Below are positions 47,585 to 56,529 of a stretch of 64,000 bases of DNA, one piece after another; positions within the stretch are counted from its first letter, which is position 1, and each line of letters opens with the position of its first letter. The notes under the pieces were generated by a model. That model worked only from the letters and a program-made list of their open reading frames with translations, searched no databases and was not told where the DNA came from. The translations under genes were made by a program, and so were the position numbers. The stretch comes from an uncultured Trueperella sp. (GTDB lineage Bacteria; Actinomycetota; Actinomycetes; Actinomycetales; Actinomycetaceae): the NCBI GenBank assembly GCA_964344395.1, contig CAYFNA010000001.1:5410-69409 (forward strand). Reading direction: 5' to 3'.

Positions 47585-48502
47585 ATGACGCACGATTCTC
47601 GACCCGTGGATCAGCGGCGCTTCGCATTGCTCGTCTACATTCGCCGGTCCAAGCCCACGGTGGAACAGATCATTGCCATGCCCGCCTATCAGGGAATCCA
47701 CCCGGACAACGTGCGCCGGTATGTCGAGCGTGACCTTCAAGATCTGCGAGAGACCGGCTACCTCATCACCGTTGACGATCTCGGGCGCTACGTGCTGGAT
47801 GACTCCACGAACATTCACGTAGACGGCACGGGCATCGAGCTCGGAATTCTCCAGTCGCTTTTGGGGTCGAAAGGTAAAACGACGCCGTTCGTCACCGCCC
47901 AGCAGGGCGTCACGAAACTCCTGTCCAGCGGGGCCGTGACAACCCAAGCCGCGAACCTTACGGTCCACACGCCACGCGGTGAGGAGGCGGTGCGCATCGC
48001 GGCCGCCATTCAACTGGGCAAGCGCATTCGATTCACCTATCAGTCGGCCAGTAGCGCCGCGCCCGCCGTTTACACCGTCGAACCGTTCCGGCTCGAAGTG
48101 CACTTCGACGTCTATTACCTGCGCGGGTATCAGGTCAAGGTCGAGGGCAGCGATTCTCACGGCCACCGGGTCTATAAGCTCGACCGGATCGTGGGGAAGG
48201 TCAGCGTACTCGACGACGACATCACTCGCGCTTGGGATGAGAGCCCCCCGACCGACCTCGCGCCGATCTCGGCGACCGTTCGGCTGCGCCGCCCGCTCCC
48301 GCTGCTCTCGCAGGCAACGAGGTCGACACGCCACGACGAGGGCATCGACATCGAGCTCACCTACATTGACCGCTCCGATCTGTATTCGACGCTGATGTTC
48401 TACGGCCTCGACGCCGAGCTCATCGGCCCGCCGCACGTGGTGAAGGACTTCGAACGCCGCGTACGGCATCTGGCTGAGCTTGGACGGGAGCGCCATGGCT
48501 GA
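47585..48502 (+). CDS. pafB: WYL-domain transcriptional regulator PafB-like
   Basis: N-terminal wHTH and a WYL-type core (RIRFTYQS...VYTVEPFRLEVHFDVYYLRGY...HRVYKLDRI). It pairs with a second WYL gene and lies upstream of helY, as pafB does in mycobacteria. Confidence 0.8.
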   Translation: MTHDSRPVDQRRFALLVYIRRSKPTVEQIIAMPAYQGIHPDNVRRYVERDLQDLRETGYLITVDDLGRYVLDDSTNIHVDGTGIELGILQSLLGSKGKTTPFVTAQQGVTKLLSSGAVTTQAANLTVHTPRGEEAVRIAAAIQLGKRIRFTYQSASSAAPAVYTVEPFRLEVHFDVYYLRGYQVKVEGSDSHGHRVYKLDRIVGKVSVLDDDITRAWDESPPTDLAPISATVRLRRPLPLLSQATRSTRHDEGIDIELTYIDRSDLYSTLMFYGLDAELIGPPHVVKDFERRVRHLAELGRERHG

Positions 48503-49439
48503 CCTATCGCTCACGCGCAAAATCGCGATTCTGACGTACCTGGCGAGCAATTCACCCACGCTGCGCGAGCTCGCCAAGCACTTCAAGACCCAGCCTGAGC
48601 GCATGCGAAACGAACTCATGGGTCTGTTTACCACCGAATACGACGTGGGCGGCCACTATGAGACCCCGGTGGATGTGGACATTCCCGAGGACCTCGACGA
48701 GGAGGTCTTCCTCATCGAGAACCAGACGGACGTGTTTCCGGCGCTCACGCTCGCCGAGATCATTTCCCTTCTCGCCCTCATCGATGACATGTACGGATCC
48801 GTCGATTCCGCGACGCGCTCGCAACTGATGCGCCTGCGCGAGCGCATGTCGGCGGCAGCCGCCGACGCCGGTTTCGAAGACGCGCTGTGGCCGGCGCCCA
48901 CGGTCAACCTCGAGACGGGCGTGGCCGACGATCTCGTGCGCGCCATCGATCAGCGGCGACTCATCGCCGTGGACTACATCAAGATGGGCGATGGCTTAAC
49001 CGTGAGAACCGACCGGGCCGTCGTCGCCCCGGTGTCGGTGACCACGGGCTTCCACCCGCTACTCATCGCGGGTAAGGGCACCGACCTGCGCACCTATCGC
49101 CTCGATCGCATCGCATCGGTGGAGGTGCTCGATCAGACGTACACGCGCGCACTCGAGAAGGACATCCGCGCGCAGTACCTCGACCGCAACGAATTCGCTG
49201 GTCACGCCGTCACGCTCACCGTTGAGTCGCGCGCTCGGTGGGTGGTCGAAACGATCCCTGTTCAATCCGTCACTGAACGTGATGGCCGCCTAATTATCGA
49301 CCTGACCGCGTCTTCGATATCGTGGCTACGTACATTGCTGATCCAGATCGGCGACGCTTTGGTCGCGGTTGAGCCGCCAAGCGTTCAGCAGGCCATCGCG
49401 CGGGAAGCGCAACAGTATCTGGCAGGAGCGGGACACTAA
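48495..49439 (+). CDS. pafC: WYL-domain transcriptional regulator PafC-like
   Basis: wHTH (KIAILTYLASNSPTLRELAKHF) and a WYL-type core (RLIAVDYIKMGD...LLIAGKGTDLRTYRLDRI). The ATG at 48495 overlaps the pafB stop. Confidence 0.8.
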   Translation: MADLSLTRKIAILTYLASNSPTLRELAKHFKTQPERMRNELMGLFTTEYDVGGHYETPVDVDIPEDLDEEVFLIENQTDVFPALTLAEIISLLALIDDMYGSVDSATRSQLMRLRERMSAAAADAGFEDALWPAPTVNLETGVADDLVRAIDQRRLIAVDYIKMGDGLTVRTDRAVVAPVSVTTGFHPLLIAGKGTDLRTYRLDRIASVEVLDQTYTRALEKDIRAQYLDRNEFAGHAVTLTVESRARWVVETIPVQSVTERDGRLIIDLTASSISWLRTLLIQIGDALVAVEPPSVQQAIAREAQQYLAGAGH

Positions 49440-49440
49440 C

Positions 49441-49812
49441 GTGTGGGTGTGGGTTCTCATCATCGGGCTGATCGCCCTAGCCATCTATCTCGGGTTCACC
49501 GTCCGGGACATTTGGCGCTCGCTCAAGCGGCTCACCAAGCAAGCTGGCGAGTTTGGCCGGGCAGTGAGCAGCTTTTCCGGGTCCTCAGATCGCGAGATCA
49601 CGCCAATTGGTGACGTGTACGAGGATCCGGCCAGGCTTGAGGAAGCCCGCCGCGACCGGCGTCGTATCTCCGAGGTGCGTGCCCAGGCGCGTCGTCGTCG
49701 ACTCAATCAGGCAACTGGCAGGTGGGAAGACATCACGGAAGACAGCTTCACATCGATCGGTCCCGAGGAACGTGAGCGGGCCCGCAAGCGCGTGGACGAG
49801 TTCCGATCATGA
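49441..49812 (+). CDS. small membrane-anchored protein of unknown function
   Basis: The GTG lies 1 nt after the pafC stop. N-terminal TM helix (VWVWVLIIGLIALAIYLGF), then an amphipathic basic helix and an Arg-rich tail. The stop overlaps the next ATG (ATGA). Confidence 0.5.
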   Translation: MWVWVLIIGLIALAIYLGFTVRDIWRSLKRLTKQAGEFGRAVSSFSGSSDREITPIGDVYEDPARLEEARRDRRRISEVRAQARRRRLNQATGRWEDITEDSFTSIGPEERERARKRVDEFRS

Positions 49813-50720
49813 GGATAGGTGTCGCGCTGAACCCTGCCTCGGGCAAGGGTAGGGGAGAAAAGTATCGCGAGGTTCTACGCGAAGTCCTCGACATGTATCC
49901 CGTCGACATCGACTGGCTTCCCGTCGGCGATCCCGCCGAGTCTAAACAGGTCATGCACGATCGCATCGCGGACGGGCTCATCGACGCCCTTGTGCTCGTG
50001 GGCGGCGATGGCTTTATCCACACGGCGGTGAACGCGGTGGGGGATTCGCACATACCCGTTGGCATCCTCGCTGCTGGATCGGGCAACGATATCGCCCGCG
50101 AATTCGACCTGCCGATTCATTCCGTGCACGATTCGATCCATCAGATCGCGTCCTCGCTGCTCACGCGGCGCTATCGGGACGTTGACGTTATCGAGATCGA
50201 ATGGGAAGGCGGAAGCGAGCGCGCCCTGGCGATCGTGTCCGTCGGGATCGACGCCGACGCGAACGATCGCACAAACAAACTGACGTGGCCAAAGGGAAAC
50301 CTGCGCTACGTGCGCGGCCTGATGTCCTCCGTGCGCGAGTACGAGCCCTACGGCGTGCGGCTGACGATGGACGGTCACAGCCACGCCGGCCCGATGACCC
50401 TGCTATCAATCGCGAACACGCGGTTCTTTGGCGGCGGCTTTTGCATTTCGCCGGGTGCGCTTCCCGACGACGGCCTGCTCGACGTCGTCGTCACTCCCGG
50501 TTTCCGCCGCATCGACTTCGTGGATCTCATTCCGAAACTGCTGCTGATCAGGCACACGAAGGATCCTCAGGTGCACGTGTTCCGCACGGCGCAGGTGCGG
50601 ATCGAGTCCGCCCCCGAGCACGGGATTGACCTACCGCTCATCATGGCCGACGGCGAGGAGATCTGCCGGGCGCCGGCGACGATTCGCGTGATCCCGCACG
50701 CCCTCAGAATGGTGATGTAA
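49809..50720 (+). CDS. diacylglycerol kinase-family lipid kinase
   Basis: LNPASGKGRG, VLVGGDGFIHTAVNA, AAGSGNDIAREF signatures of the DAGK catalytic domain. Confidence 0.85.
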   Translation: MRIGVALNPASGKGRGEKYREVLREVLDMYPVDIDWLPVGDPAESKQVMHDRIADGLIDALVLVGGDGFIHTAVNAVGDSHIPVGILAAGSGNDIAREFDLPIHSVHDSIHQIASSLLTRRYRDVDVIEIEWEGGSERALAIVSVGIDADANDRTNKLTWPKGNLRYVRGLMSSVREYEPYGVRLTMDGHSHAGPMTLLSIANTRFFGGGFCISPGALPDDGLLDVVVTPGFRRIDFVDLIPKLLLIRHTKDPQVHVFRTAQVRIESAPEHGIDLPLIMADGEEICRAPATIRVIPHALRMVM

Positions 50721-53353
50721 TGGACCTCGTTGCCTCGCATTTCATCGACGAGTACGCCGCCCGCGGGATTCACCTGGACGACTTCCAGCTGGAAGCGATC
50801 GAGGCCCTCAACGGCGACGAAGATGTGCTGGTGTGCGCGCCGACGGGCGCCGGCAAAACAGTCGTGGCCGAATACGCCGTGGAGTTGGCACTCGCTCGTT
50901 CGGCGCGCTGTATCTATACCGCGCCGATCAAAGCGCTCTCGAACCAGAAGTACCGGGACCTCACCGAAGATTTAGGCGAGGACACGGTCGGCCTCCTCAC
51001 CGGCGACCAGACGATCAATCGCGACGCACCCATCCTCGTGGTTACCACCGAAGTGCTGCGCAATATGCTCTTCCAACACGATGACATGATTCGCGACGTC
51101 GGCTACGTAGTTCTCGACGAGGTACACTACCTTGCCGACGAATTCCGTGGGCCCGTGTGGGAGGAAGTGATCCTGCAGCTGCCCGAGCACACGCGCCTCG
51201 TCTCGCTCTCGGCAACGATTTCCAACGTCGAGGAGTTTTCGGGGTGGCTGCGCTCTGTGCGCGGGCCGACGGGCGTCGTCGTCTCGACCGTCCGGCCGGT
51301 GCCGCTTCTCCAGCACGTGGCCGTCTCACGCAAGCTCCAGCCGCTATTTGACGCCGATGGAGACATTTCCCAGCGGCTCCTGCAGGCGGACGCCAAACTG
51401 GCTGAGCGCAATGAGTCCGGGGGATACCGGCGCCGGCGCACGACGTCCGTTGCCCGGCGTAAGCGCGTGCTCACCCAGCTTGCCGAGCGCGACCTGCTTC
51501 CGGCGATTCACTTCATCTTCTCCCGCAAGGGTTGTGATCGCGCGGTCGGCGATTTACTCGATGGCGGCGTGTCATTGACCTCCAAGGAGGAGGCCACGAG
51601 GATCCGACGGCGCCTACGCGAGTTGCGCGAGGAGCTGACGGAGGAAGACCAGCGAGCAGTCCGGTTCGGGTTCTGGTCCAAGGCGATGACTCGCGGCTTT
51701 GCCGCGCATCACGCCGGAATGTTCCCCGCTCTGAAGGAACTGGCCGAAGACCTCATGGAAGATGGTCTGCTTAAACTCGTGTACGCGACGGGCACGCTCG
51801 CCCTGGGTATCGATATGCCCGTGCGCACGGTCGTCCTCGAAGACCTCCAGCGCTGGAATGGCGCCGATTTCGTGGAGCTCTCGGCTACGGAATACACCCA
51901 GCTGATCGGGCGGGCCGGACGCCGCGGCAAGGATACGGTAGGGCACGCTGTCGTTCTTCATACTGACGAGCTCGACGTTCGCCGGCTCGCCGATCTCGGA
52001 TCGGGCAGGGTTGAGCCGCTGGAATCGGCATTCTTCCCCTCGTATAACTCCGTGGTCAACTTGCTCGCATTCCACACCTATGAGGACTCGCGGGCGATCA
52101 TGGGCACCTCGTTCGCCCAGTATCAGCGCAACGCTGACCTCGGTGAAATCCGTGGCCGAATCACTCGTATCCGCTCGCGGCTTGAGTCGATGGAAACGGA
52201 ACTCCGCGAGGCCTGCTTGCTCGGCGACCTCGTGGAGTATCTGCGCATCCGCCGCACGGCTGATCGAGCAACGAAGAGTGAGCGCAAGCGCGCGAAGGAG
52301 AATTACCGGGAGCGCATCCAGGATTCGTGGGATGCTGCGCAGACGGGCCACCTATACGCCTATGCACGCGAGGGAGAGCTTGAGTACGGAGTCGTGCTTT
52401 CACTCGGGCGGCGGCTGCGGCTCATCAACATCTACGGAGAGATGGTGTGGCTGGCTCACGACAATCTTTCCTCGGAACTGCGAGATCTTGGAACCATCGA
52501 GATGCCGTTCGGCGTCTCGCCGAAGAAGCCCGAGGTGCGCGAACAGATTGCGGACGACATGTACGCCGCGATCGCCGAGCGCGAGGAGCTGGGCCAAGAT
52601 CGCGACCTGATGGGATCGTGGGACCGCTTTGCTGTGCGATCCAATCCCGAACTCGAAGCGCACCCGGTGCATCATTGCCCGGAACTGGCCGAGCACATCG
52701 AGCAGGCCTCCGAATACATCGCTCTTGAGGCGAGCCTGCGCGAACTCGAGGAGCTCTCCGAGAGCTTTGACGAATCGGTGGCAAAGGAGTTTGACGCCAC
52801 GGCCGCCGTTCTTGCCCGCCTGGGATATCTCCAACCCGGCGAATCCGGACGTACGGATTCGGGCATGGTCAAACTTGCCGCCGGCGCCTCCATGCTTCGC
52901 GGCGTCCACAACGAAGCCGATCTGCTCATCGTTCAGTCGCTGAGCGAGAAGCAGCTGGCCGAGCTCACTCCGGCAGAGTTTGCCGGCGTATGTTCGGCTT
53001 ACCTGTGCGACCGCCGACTCGGCGTCAACGTGCCGACGCACCCACGCCTGCGAGCGGCCTGGTCCGCGATCAACCGCAATCTCGACTTCCTCCTCGACAT
53101 GGAGGCTGCGCACGGCATCGCCCGGACCGCGCAGCCGTACCCGGGTGGGATGGACGCGTTTATGGCGTGGGCCGGGGGAGCGGATCTGGAGTCTGTGCTG
53201 GCCATGAGCGACGTCGTCGTCGGCGATTTCATTTCGGCAAACCGGCGGCTCATCGACCTCCTTGGGCAAATCATCGACATCGCGCCCGCCGAGTATCTGG
53301 GAGAAACCGCACGTCAGGCCCGTGATTTGGTGCGCCGATGGGAATGGCTCTAG
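50720..53353 (+). CDS. helY: Ski2-like DEAD/DEAH-box helicase HelY
   Basis: CAPTGAGKT (motif I), VLDEVHYL (DEVH), SATISN, QLIGRAGRRG, long C-terminal DSHCT-like region. 877 aa; ATG overlaps the upstream stop (TAATG). Confidence 0.9.
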   Translation: MDLVASHFIDEYAARGIHLDDFQLEAIEALNGDEDVLVCAPTGAGKTVVAEYAVELALARSARCIYTAPIKALSNQKYRDLTEDLGEDTVGLLTGDQTINRDAPILVVTTEVLRNMLFQHDDMIRDVGYVVLDEVHYLADEFRGPVWEEVILQLPEHTRLVSLSATISNVEEFSGWLRSVRGPTGVVVSTVRPVPLLQHVAVSRKLQPLFDADGDISQRLLQADAKLAERNESGGYRRRRTTSVARRKRVLTQLAERDLLPAIHFIFSRKGCDRAVGDLLDGGVSLTSKEEATRIRRRLRELREELTEEDQRAVRFGFWSKAMTRGFAAHHAGMFPALKELAEDLMEDGLLKLVYATGTLALGIDMPVRTVVLEDLQRWNGADFVELSATEYTQLIGRAGRRGKDTVGHAVVLHTDELDVRRLADLGSGRVEPLESAFFPSYNSVVNLLAFHTYEDSRAIMGTSFAQYQRNADLGEIRGRITRIRSRLESMETELREACLLGDLVEYLRIRRTADRATKSERKRAKENYRERIQDSWDAAQTGHLYAYAREGELEYGVVLSLGRRLRLINIYGEMVWLAHDNLSSELRDLGTIEMPFGVSPKKPEVREQIADDMYAAIAEREELGQDRDLMGSWDRFAVRSNPELEAHPVHHCPELAEHIEQASEYIALEASLRELEELSESFDESVAKEFDATAAVLARLGYLQPGESGRTDSGMVKLAAGASMLRGVHNEADLLIVQSLSEKQLAELTPAEFAGVCSAYLCDRRLGVNVPTHPRLRAAWSAINRNLDFLLDMEAAHGIARTAQPYPGGMDAFMAWAGGADLESVLAMSDVVVGDFISANRRLIDLLGQIIDIAPAEYLGETARQARDLVRRWEWL

Positions 53354-53522
53354 TCGGCGACAGGCAAGTGCGACACGCCGATAAATAAGACACGCCAATG
53401 TGATGCCAATCACACTGAAGTAAACACGTGCCAAAGTTGCGGTGGCTCGTCTCAGTCTTCAAGTGAAGTTGCCAGCGCGGTCGGGGTTACCTAATCTAAA
53501 GGCACGCACGGATAATAGTGTG

Positions 53523-53602
53523 AGCGCAGACTCCGCAAGTTCGATAGAAAACGATCCACTGGATCGGTCCGAGGGACTTGGTCGGGGTCTGCGCTACTTT
53601 TT
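53523..53602 (+). other. candidate structured RNA / terminator-like element upstream of lnt
   Basis: 9-bp closing stem AGCGCAGAC (53523-53531) / GTCTGCGCT (53587-53595) followed by ACTTTTT. It encloses an internal hairpin CGATCC-act-GGATCG (53552-53566). The element sits in a 265-nt lower-GC gap with no credible ORF. Confidence 0.3.
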
Positions 53603-53618
53603 GGCATAGGATCGAACG

Positions 53619-55136
53619 GTGATTGTTCGACTCCTCGCCGCCGTGGTCGGCGGCCTCGCCATGTGGCTTGCCAACGAGCCCGTAGGCTTGTGGTTCCTCG
53701 CGTTTGCAGGTCTCGCGCTGTTGTGGACCGCCGTGCGAGGCAGGGGAGTGACCGCCGGTTTCGGTTATGCATGGATATGGGCCTTCGCGTACTTTCTGCC
53801 TCTCTTTCAGTGGGCGACGCCGGCTTCGGGCACGTTCCTCGCGCAGTTTGCCCTCGCAGCGGTCGAGGCCGTCTACATCGGCGTTCTAGGCGGGATCTGG
53901 TCACTCATTTCGCGCGTCGAGTGCATGGAGAACCTGCGCCCATCCGCGAGAACCGCCGCGCAGATTCTGTTGGCCGTCTTCACGTGGCTCGCGATGGAAC
54001 AACTAAGATCCGCGTGGCCGTTTGGGGGAATGCCCTGGGGAACCCTCGGCTTCGCACTCGTGGATACGCCCCTCGTGCGCCTCGCGCCCTACGGCTCGAC
54101 AACGCTCGTGGGAGCCGTGGCGATCGTCGTCGCACTCCTCATAGCGATGGCCTTGCGCATGACGTTCCTGGGGGCCATGACCGCCGTGGTGAGCGGGCTC
54201 GCGCTCGTTATCGTACCGGTGTTCGTTCCTATTGGCTCACACGCCTCGGGAACGATAAACGTTGCCATTGTGCAGGGCAGTATTCCCGAACCCAGTACGG
54301 AGAACCGGGCGCTCGTAGTCACCCAAAACCACGCCGAGGCAACCCGTGCGCTTCTCAAGGAGACCACGATTACGCCGGACATCATTCTGTGGCCCGAATC
54401 GTCGTCAGATCGCGACGTGCGCGCAGATGAACAGGCCGGGCAGATCGTCTTCGGGCTCGTCGACGAGGCGCAGATACCGCTCGTCATGGGCACGCAGGAG
54501 TATGTGGATGGCGGGCGCTACAACGACGTGCTCGTGATCGAGCCGAACGTGGGAGTGACAGACCGATATTCCAAGCAACATCCCGTGCCGTTTGGTGAAT
54601 ACGTGCCGAATCGTGACTTCTTCCGGAACTTCTCAGAGGCAATTGATCGGGTGGGAGCCGACATGTTCGCGGGTGATGGCCCGGCAAACGTGCTCGTCTC
54701 GGTAGCTGACTCGACGATCAACCTCGCGGTGCCGATCTGCTTCGAGGTCGCTTACAACGAGATCGTGGCGGAATCCGTCAACGAGGGGGCACAGCTCATC
54801 GTCGTACCGACGAATAACGCCACGTTTGGATACACGGGCCTGAGTTTGCAGCAATTTGCTATGCCGCGTTTTCGCGCGATCGAGCATCAGCGCACGTTAG
54901 TGCAGGTGTCGGCCGCCGGTATCACTGGCGTGGTCAACACGCATGGCCAGATTGCCTACCAAACCGAATTGTTTACCCAGGACGCCCGGGTGATCCCCGT
55001 GGGGATTCACGAGTACACGACGTTCGCCACACGAACGGCTGGCGTGCGCGTGGCGGCGATCTACATTCTCGGTGCGCTAAGTGCTATGGTTGCAGGTGTG
55101 GCCGCATTGTCAACGCGCGAACGAGGACGTTCATGA
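53619..55136 (+). CDS. lnt: apolipoprotein N-acyltransferase
   Basis: N-terminal polytopic membrane domain plus a C-terminal nitrilase/CN-hydrolase domain (ILWPESS, ICFEVAY with catalytic Cys, VVPTNNATFG). Confidence 0.9.
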   Translation: MIVRLLAAVVGGLAMWLANEPVGLWFLAFAGLALLWTAVRGRGVTAGFGYAWIWAFAYFLPLFQWATPASGTFLAQFALAAVEAVYIGVLGGIWSLISRVECMENLRPSARTAAQILLAVFTWLAMEQLRSAWPFGGMPWGTLGFALVDTPLVRLAPYGSTTLVGAVAIVVALLIAMALRMTFLGAMTAVVSGLALVIVPVFVPIGSHASGTINVAIVQGSIPEPSTENRALVVTQNHAEATRALLKETTITPDIILWPESSSDRDVRADEQAGQIVFGLVDEAQIPLVMGTQEYVDGGRYNDVLVIEPNVGVTDRYSKQHPVPFGEYVPNRDFFRNFSEAIDRVGADMFAGDGPANVLVSVADSTINLAVPICFEVAYNEIVAESVNEGAQLIVVPTNNATFGYTGLSLQQFAMPRFRAIEHQRTLVQVSAAGITGVVNTHGQIAYQTELFTQDARVIPVGIHEYTTFATRTAGVRVAAIYILGALSAMVAGVAALSTRERGRS

Positions 55137-55873
55137 AGGTTTTAATCTGTATCCCCACGTACAACGAGCGAGAGTCGCTTCCGGGCATGCTGGATCGCAC
55201 CAGAGCGGCTGTTCCCGAGGTGGATATCCTCGTCATTGACGATAACTCGCCCGACGGAACCGGCGCCTACGCCGACGAGCGCGCGGCCGATGATTCGCAG
55301 ATCCACGTCATGCACCGCACGGCCAAGGAAGGGCTCGGGCGGGCCTACCTCGCCGGCTTCGAATGGGCGATTGATCGGGGATACACACACGTGTGCGAGA
55401 TGGACGCCGATGGATCTCATCGCCCCGAACACCTGCCTGAGCTGCTCGAACGCGCCGATGAACCGGATAAACCTGACCTTGTTATTGGCTCGCGCTGGGT
55501 AGACGGTGGGGAAGTGGTGAACTGGCCCAAGCACCGCGAGGTCCTGTCGCGCGCAGGCAATTTCTACATCAAGCTGTGGCTCGACCTACCCGCGAAAGAC
55601 GCAACCGCCGGTTTCAGGGTCTTCCGCACGGACACACTGAAGAAACTTGATTTTTCAACTATCGAGTCGAAGGGCTATTTCTTCCAGGTGGACATGACGC
55701 TGAAGATGAGGGATCTGGGCGCGAAGATCGTGGAGGTGCCGATCTCCTTCGTCGAGCGCGAGATTGGCGACTCGAAGATGTCTGGAAACATCATCCAGGA
55801 AGCATTTATGCGCGCCACGAAGCTCGGAGTGAAGCGTCGTGGCGCGCAGATTCGACAGGTGTTCGGCCGCTAG
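55133..55873 (+). CDS. ppm1: polyprenol-phosphate mannosyltransferase (GT2, Ppm1-like)
   Basis: IPTYNERESL, VIDDNSPDGT, MDADGSH (DxD), GSRW are GT2 signatures. The ATG overlaps the lnt stop (ATGA). Lnt and Ppm1 are fused in M. tuberculosis Rv2051c. Confidence 0.9.
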   Translation: MKVLICIPTYNERESLPGMLDRTRAAVPEVDILVIDDNSPDGTGAYADERAADDSQIHVMHRTAKEGLGRAYLAGFEWAIDRGYTHVCEMDADGSHRPEHLPELLERADEPDKPDLVIGSRWVDGGEVVNWPKHREVLSRAGNFYIKLWLDLPAKDATAGFRVFRTDTLKKLDFSTIESKGYFFQVDMTLKMRDLGAKIVEVPISFVEREIGDSKMSGNIIQEAFMRATKLGVKRRGAQIRQVFGR

Positions 55874-55884
55874 CCCTCAAGCCT

Positions 55885-56235
55885 TCAGCGGCGGCGCTTG
55901 TAGAGCTTGCCGGCGCGAAGAAGCTCGAGGCGCTCGTCGAGGAGAACCTGGAGCTCGTCGGTGTCACGACGCTCGAGGAGCATGTCCCAGTGCGTGCGCT
56001 GTGGCTTAGCGGGCTTGGAATCGTCTGTGCCGCCGCCGCGGACGAGCTCAGCCTTCTGTCCGCACTTGCACTCCCAAAACTGGGGCGCTTCAGCGTCCTC
56101 GGCGTAGGTCACGTAGAACGTGTGGCCGTCGGAGCACTCGTACCTTTCCTCACGGCGTTCCACGAAAGCGACGCCGACATCAGATTCGAGTGAGTACGCG
56201 CCGATTTTCATTCCGCGCAGTGAACGTTCTGCCAA
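55885..56235 (-). CDS. rbpA: RNA polymerase-binding protein RbpA
   Basis: AERSLRGMKIGAYS..., zinc-ribbon-like core YECSDGHTF...WECKCG, C-terminal sigma-interaction region HWDMLLERRDTDELQVLLDERL. The TTG at 56235 lies 6 nt after AAGGAG and gives the canonical MAER.. N-terminus; the ORF opens at 56250. Confidence 0.88.
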   Translation of the reverse strand: MAERSLRGMKIGAYSLESDVGVAFVERREERYECSDGHTFYVTYAEDAEAPQFWECKCGQKAELVRGGGTDDSKPAKPQRTHWDMLLERRDTDELQVLLDERLELLRAGKLYKRRR

Positions 56236-56478
56236 TGTATTCTCCTTCAATAACTTCCGTCTACATTTTAACGGGGAGCGCTCTTGAGAAATTCCAACGA
56301 CGCCGGAAACGGTGGCCTGACGCAGAAAGGTGGCTATCGTGGTTAAGGCCGCGCTCGGTACTCCAATCCGATAATGTACATTATGTCAAATGAGGTGGGA
56401 TGTGCCGACGATAGTCTCTGTGCATCTACCACTCGACAATTGAGCCCCTACCCCTCTCGCAGTCTTGCCACAAAGAGG

Positions 56479-56514
56479 GCGCCCCCACCAGGTGGACGTT
56501 CCTGGCGGGGGCGC
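56479..56514 (-). terminator. intrinsic terminator after the FAD-oxidoreductase gene
   Basis: 14-bp stem GCGCCCCCACCAGG (56479-56492) / CCTGGCGGGGGCGC (56501-56514) with one mismatch. On the minus strand it is followed by CTCTTTGTGG. It lies 16 nt downstream of the stop at 56530. Confidence 0.7.
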
Positions 56515-56529
56515 TGCAGAAGGAACTCT

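Noticed and set aside
47555-48634. 359-aa ORF antisense to pafB/pafC
   Set aside because: It overlaps the two WYL-regulator genes, which have clear family signatures and proper start contexts. It has no motifs and low-complexity composition, so it is a GC artefact.
52400-53434. 344-aa ORF antisense to the 3' part of helY
   Set aside because: Same reasoning. helY motifs are clear on the plus strand, and the antisense translation is Arg/Gly-rich with no domain signature.
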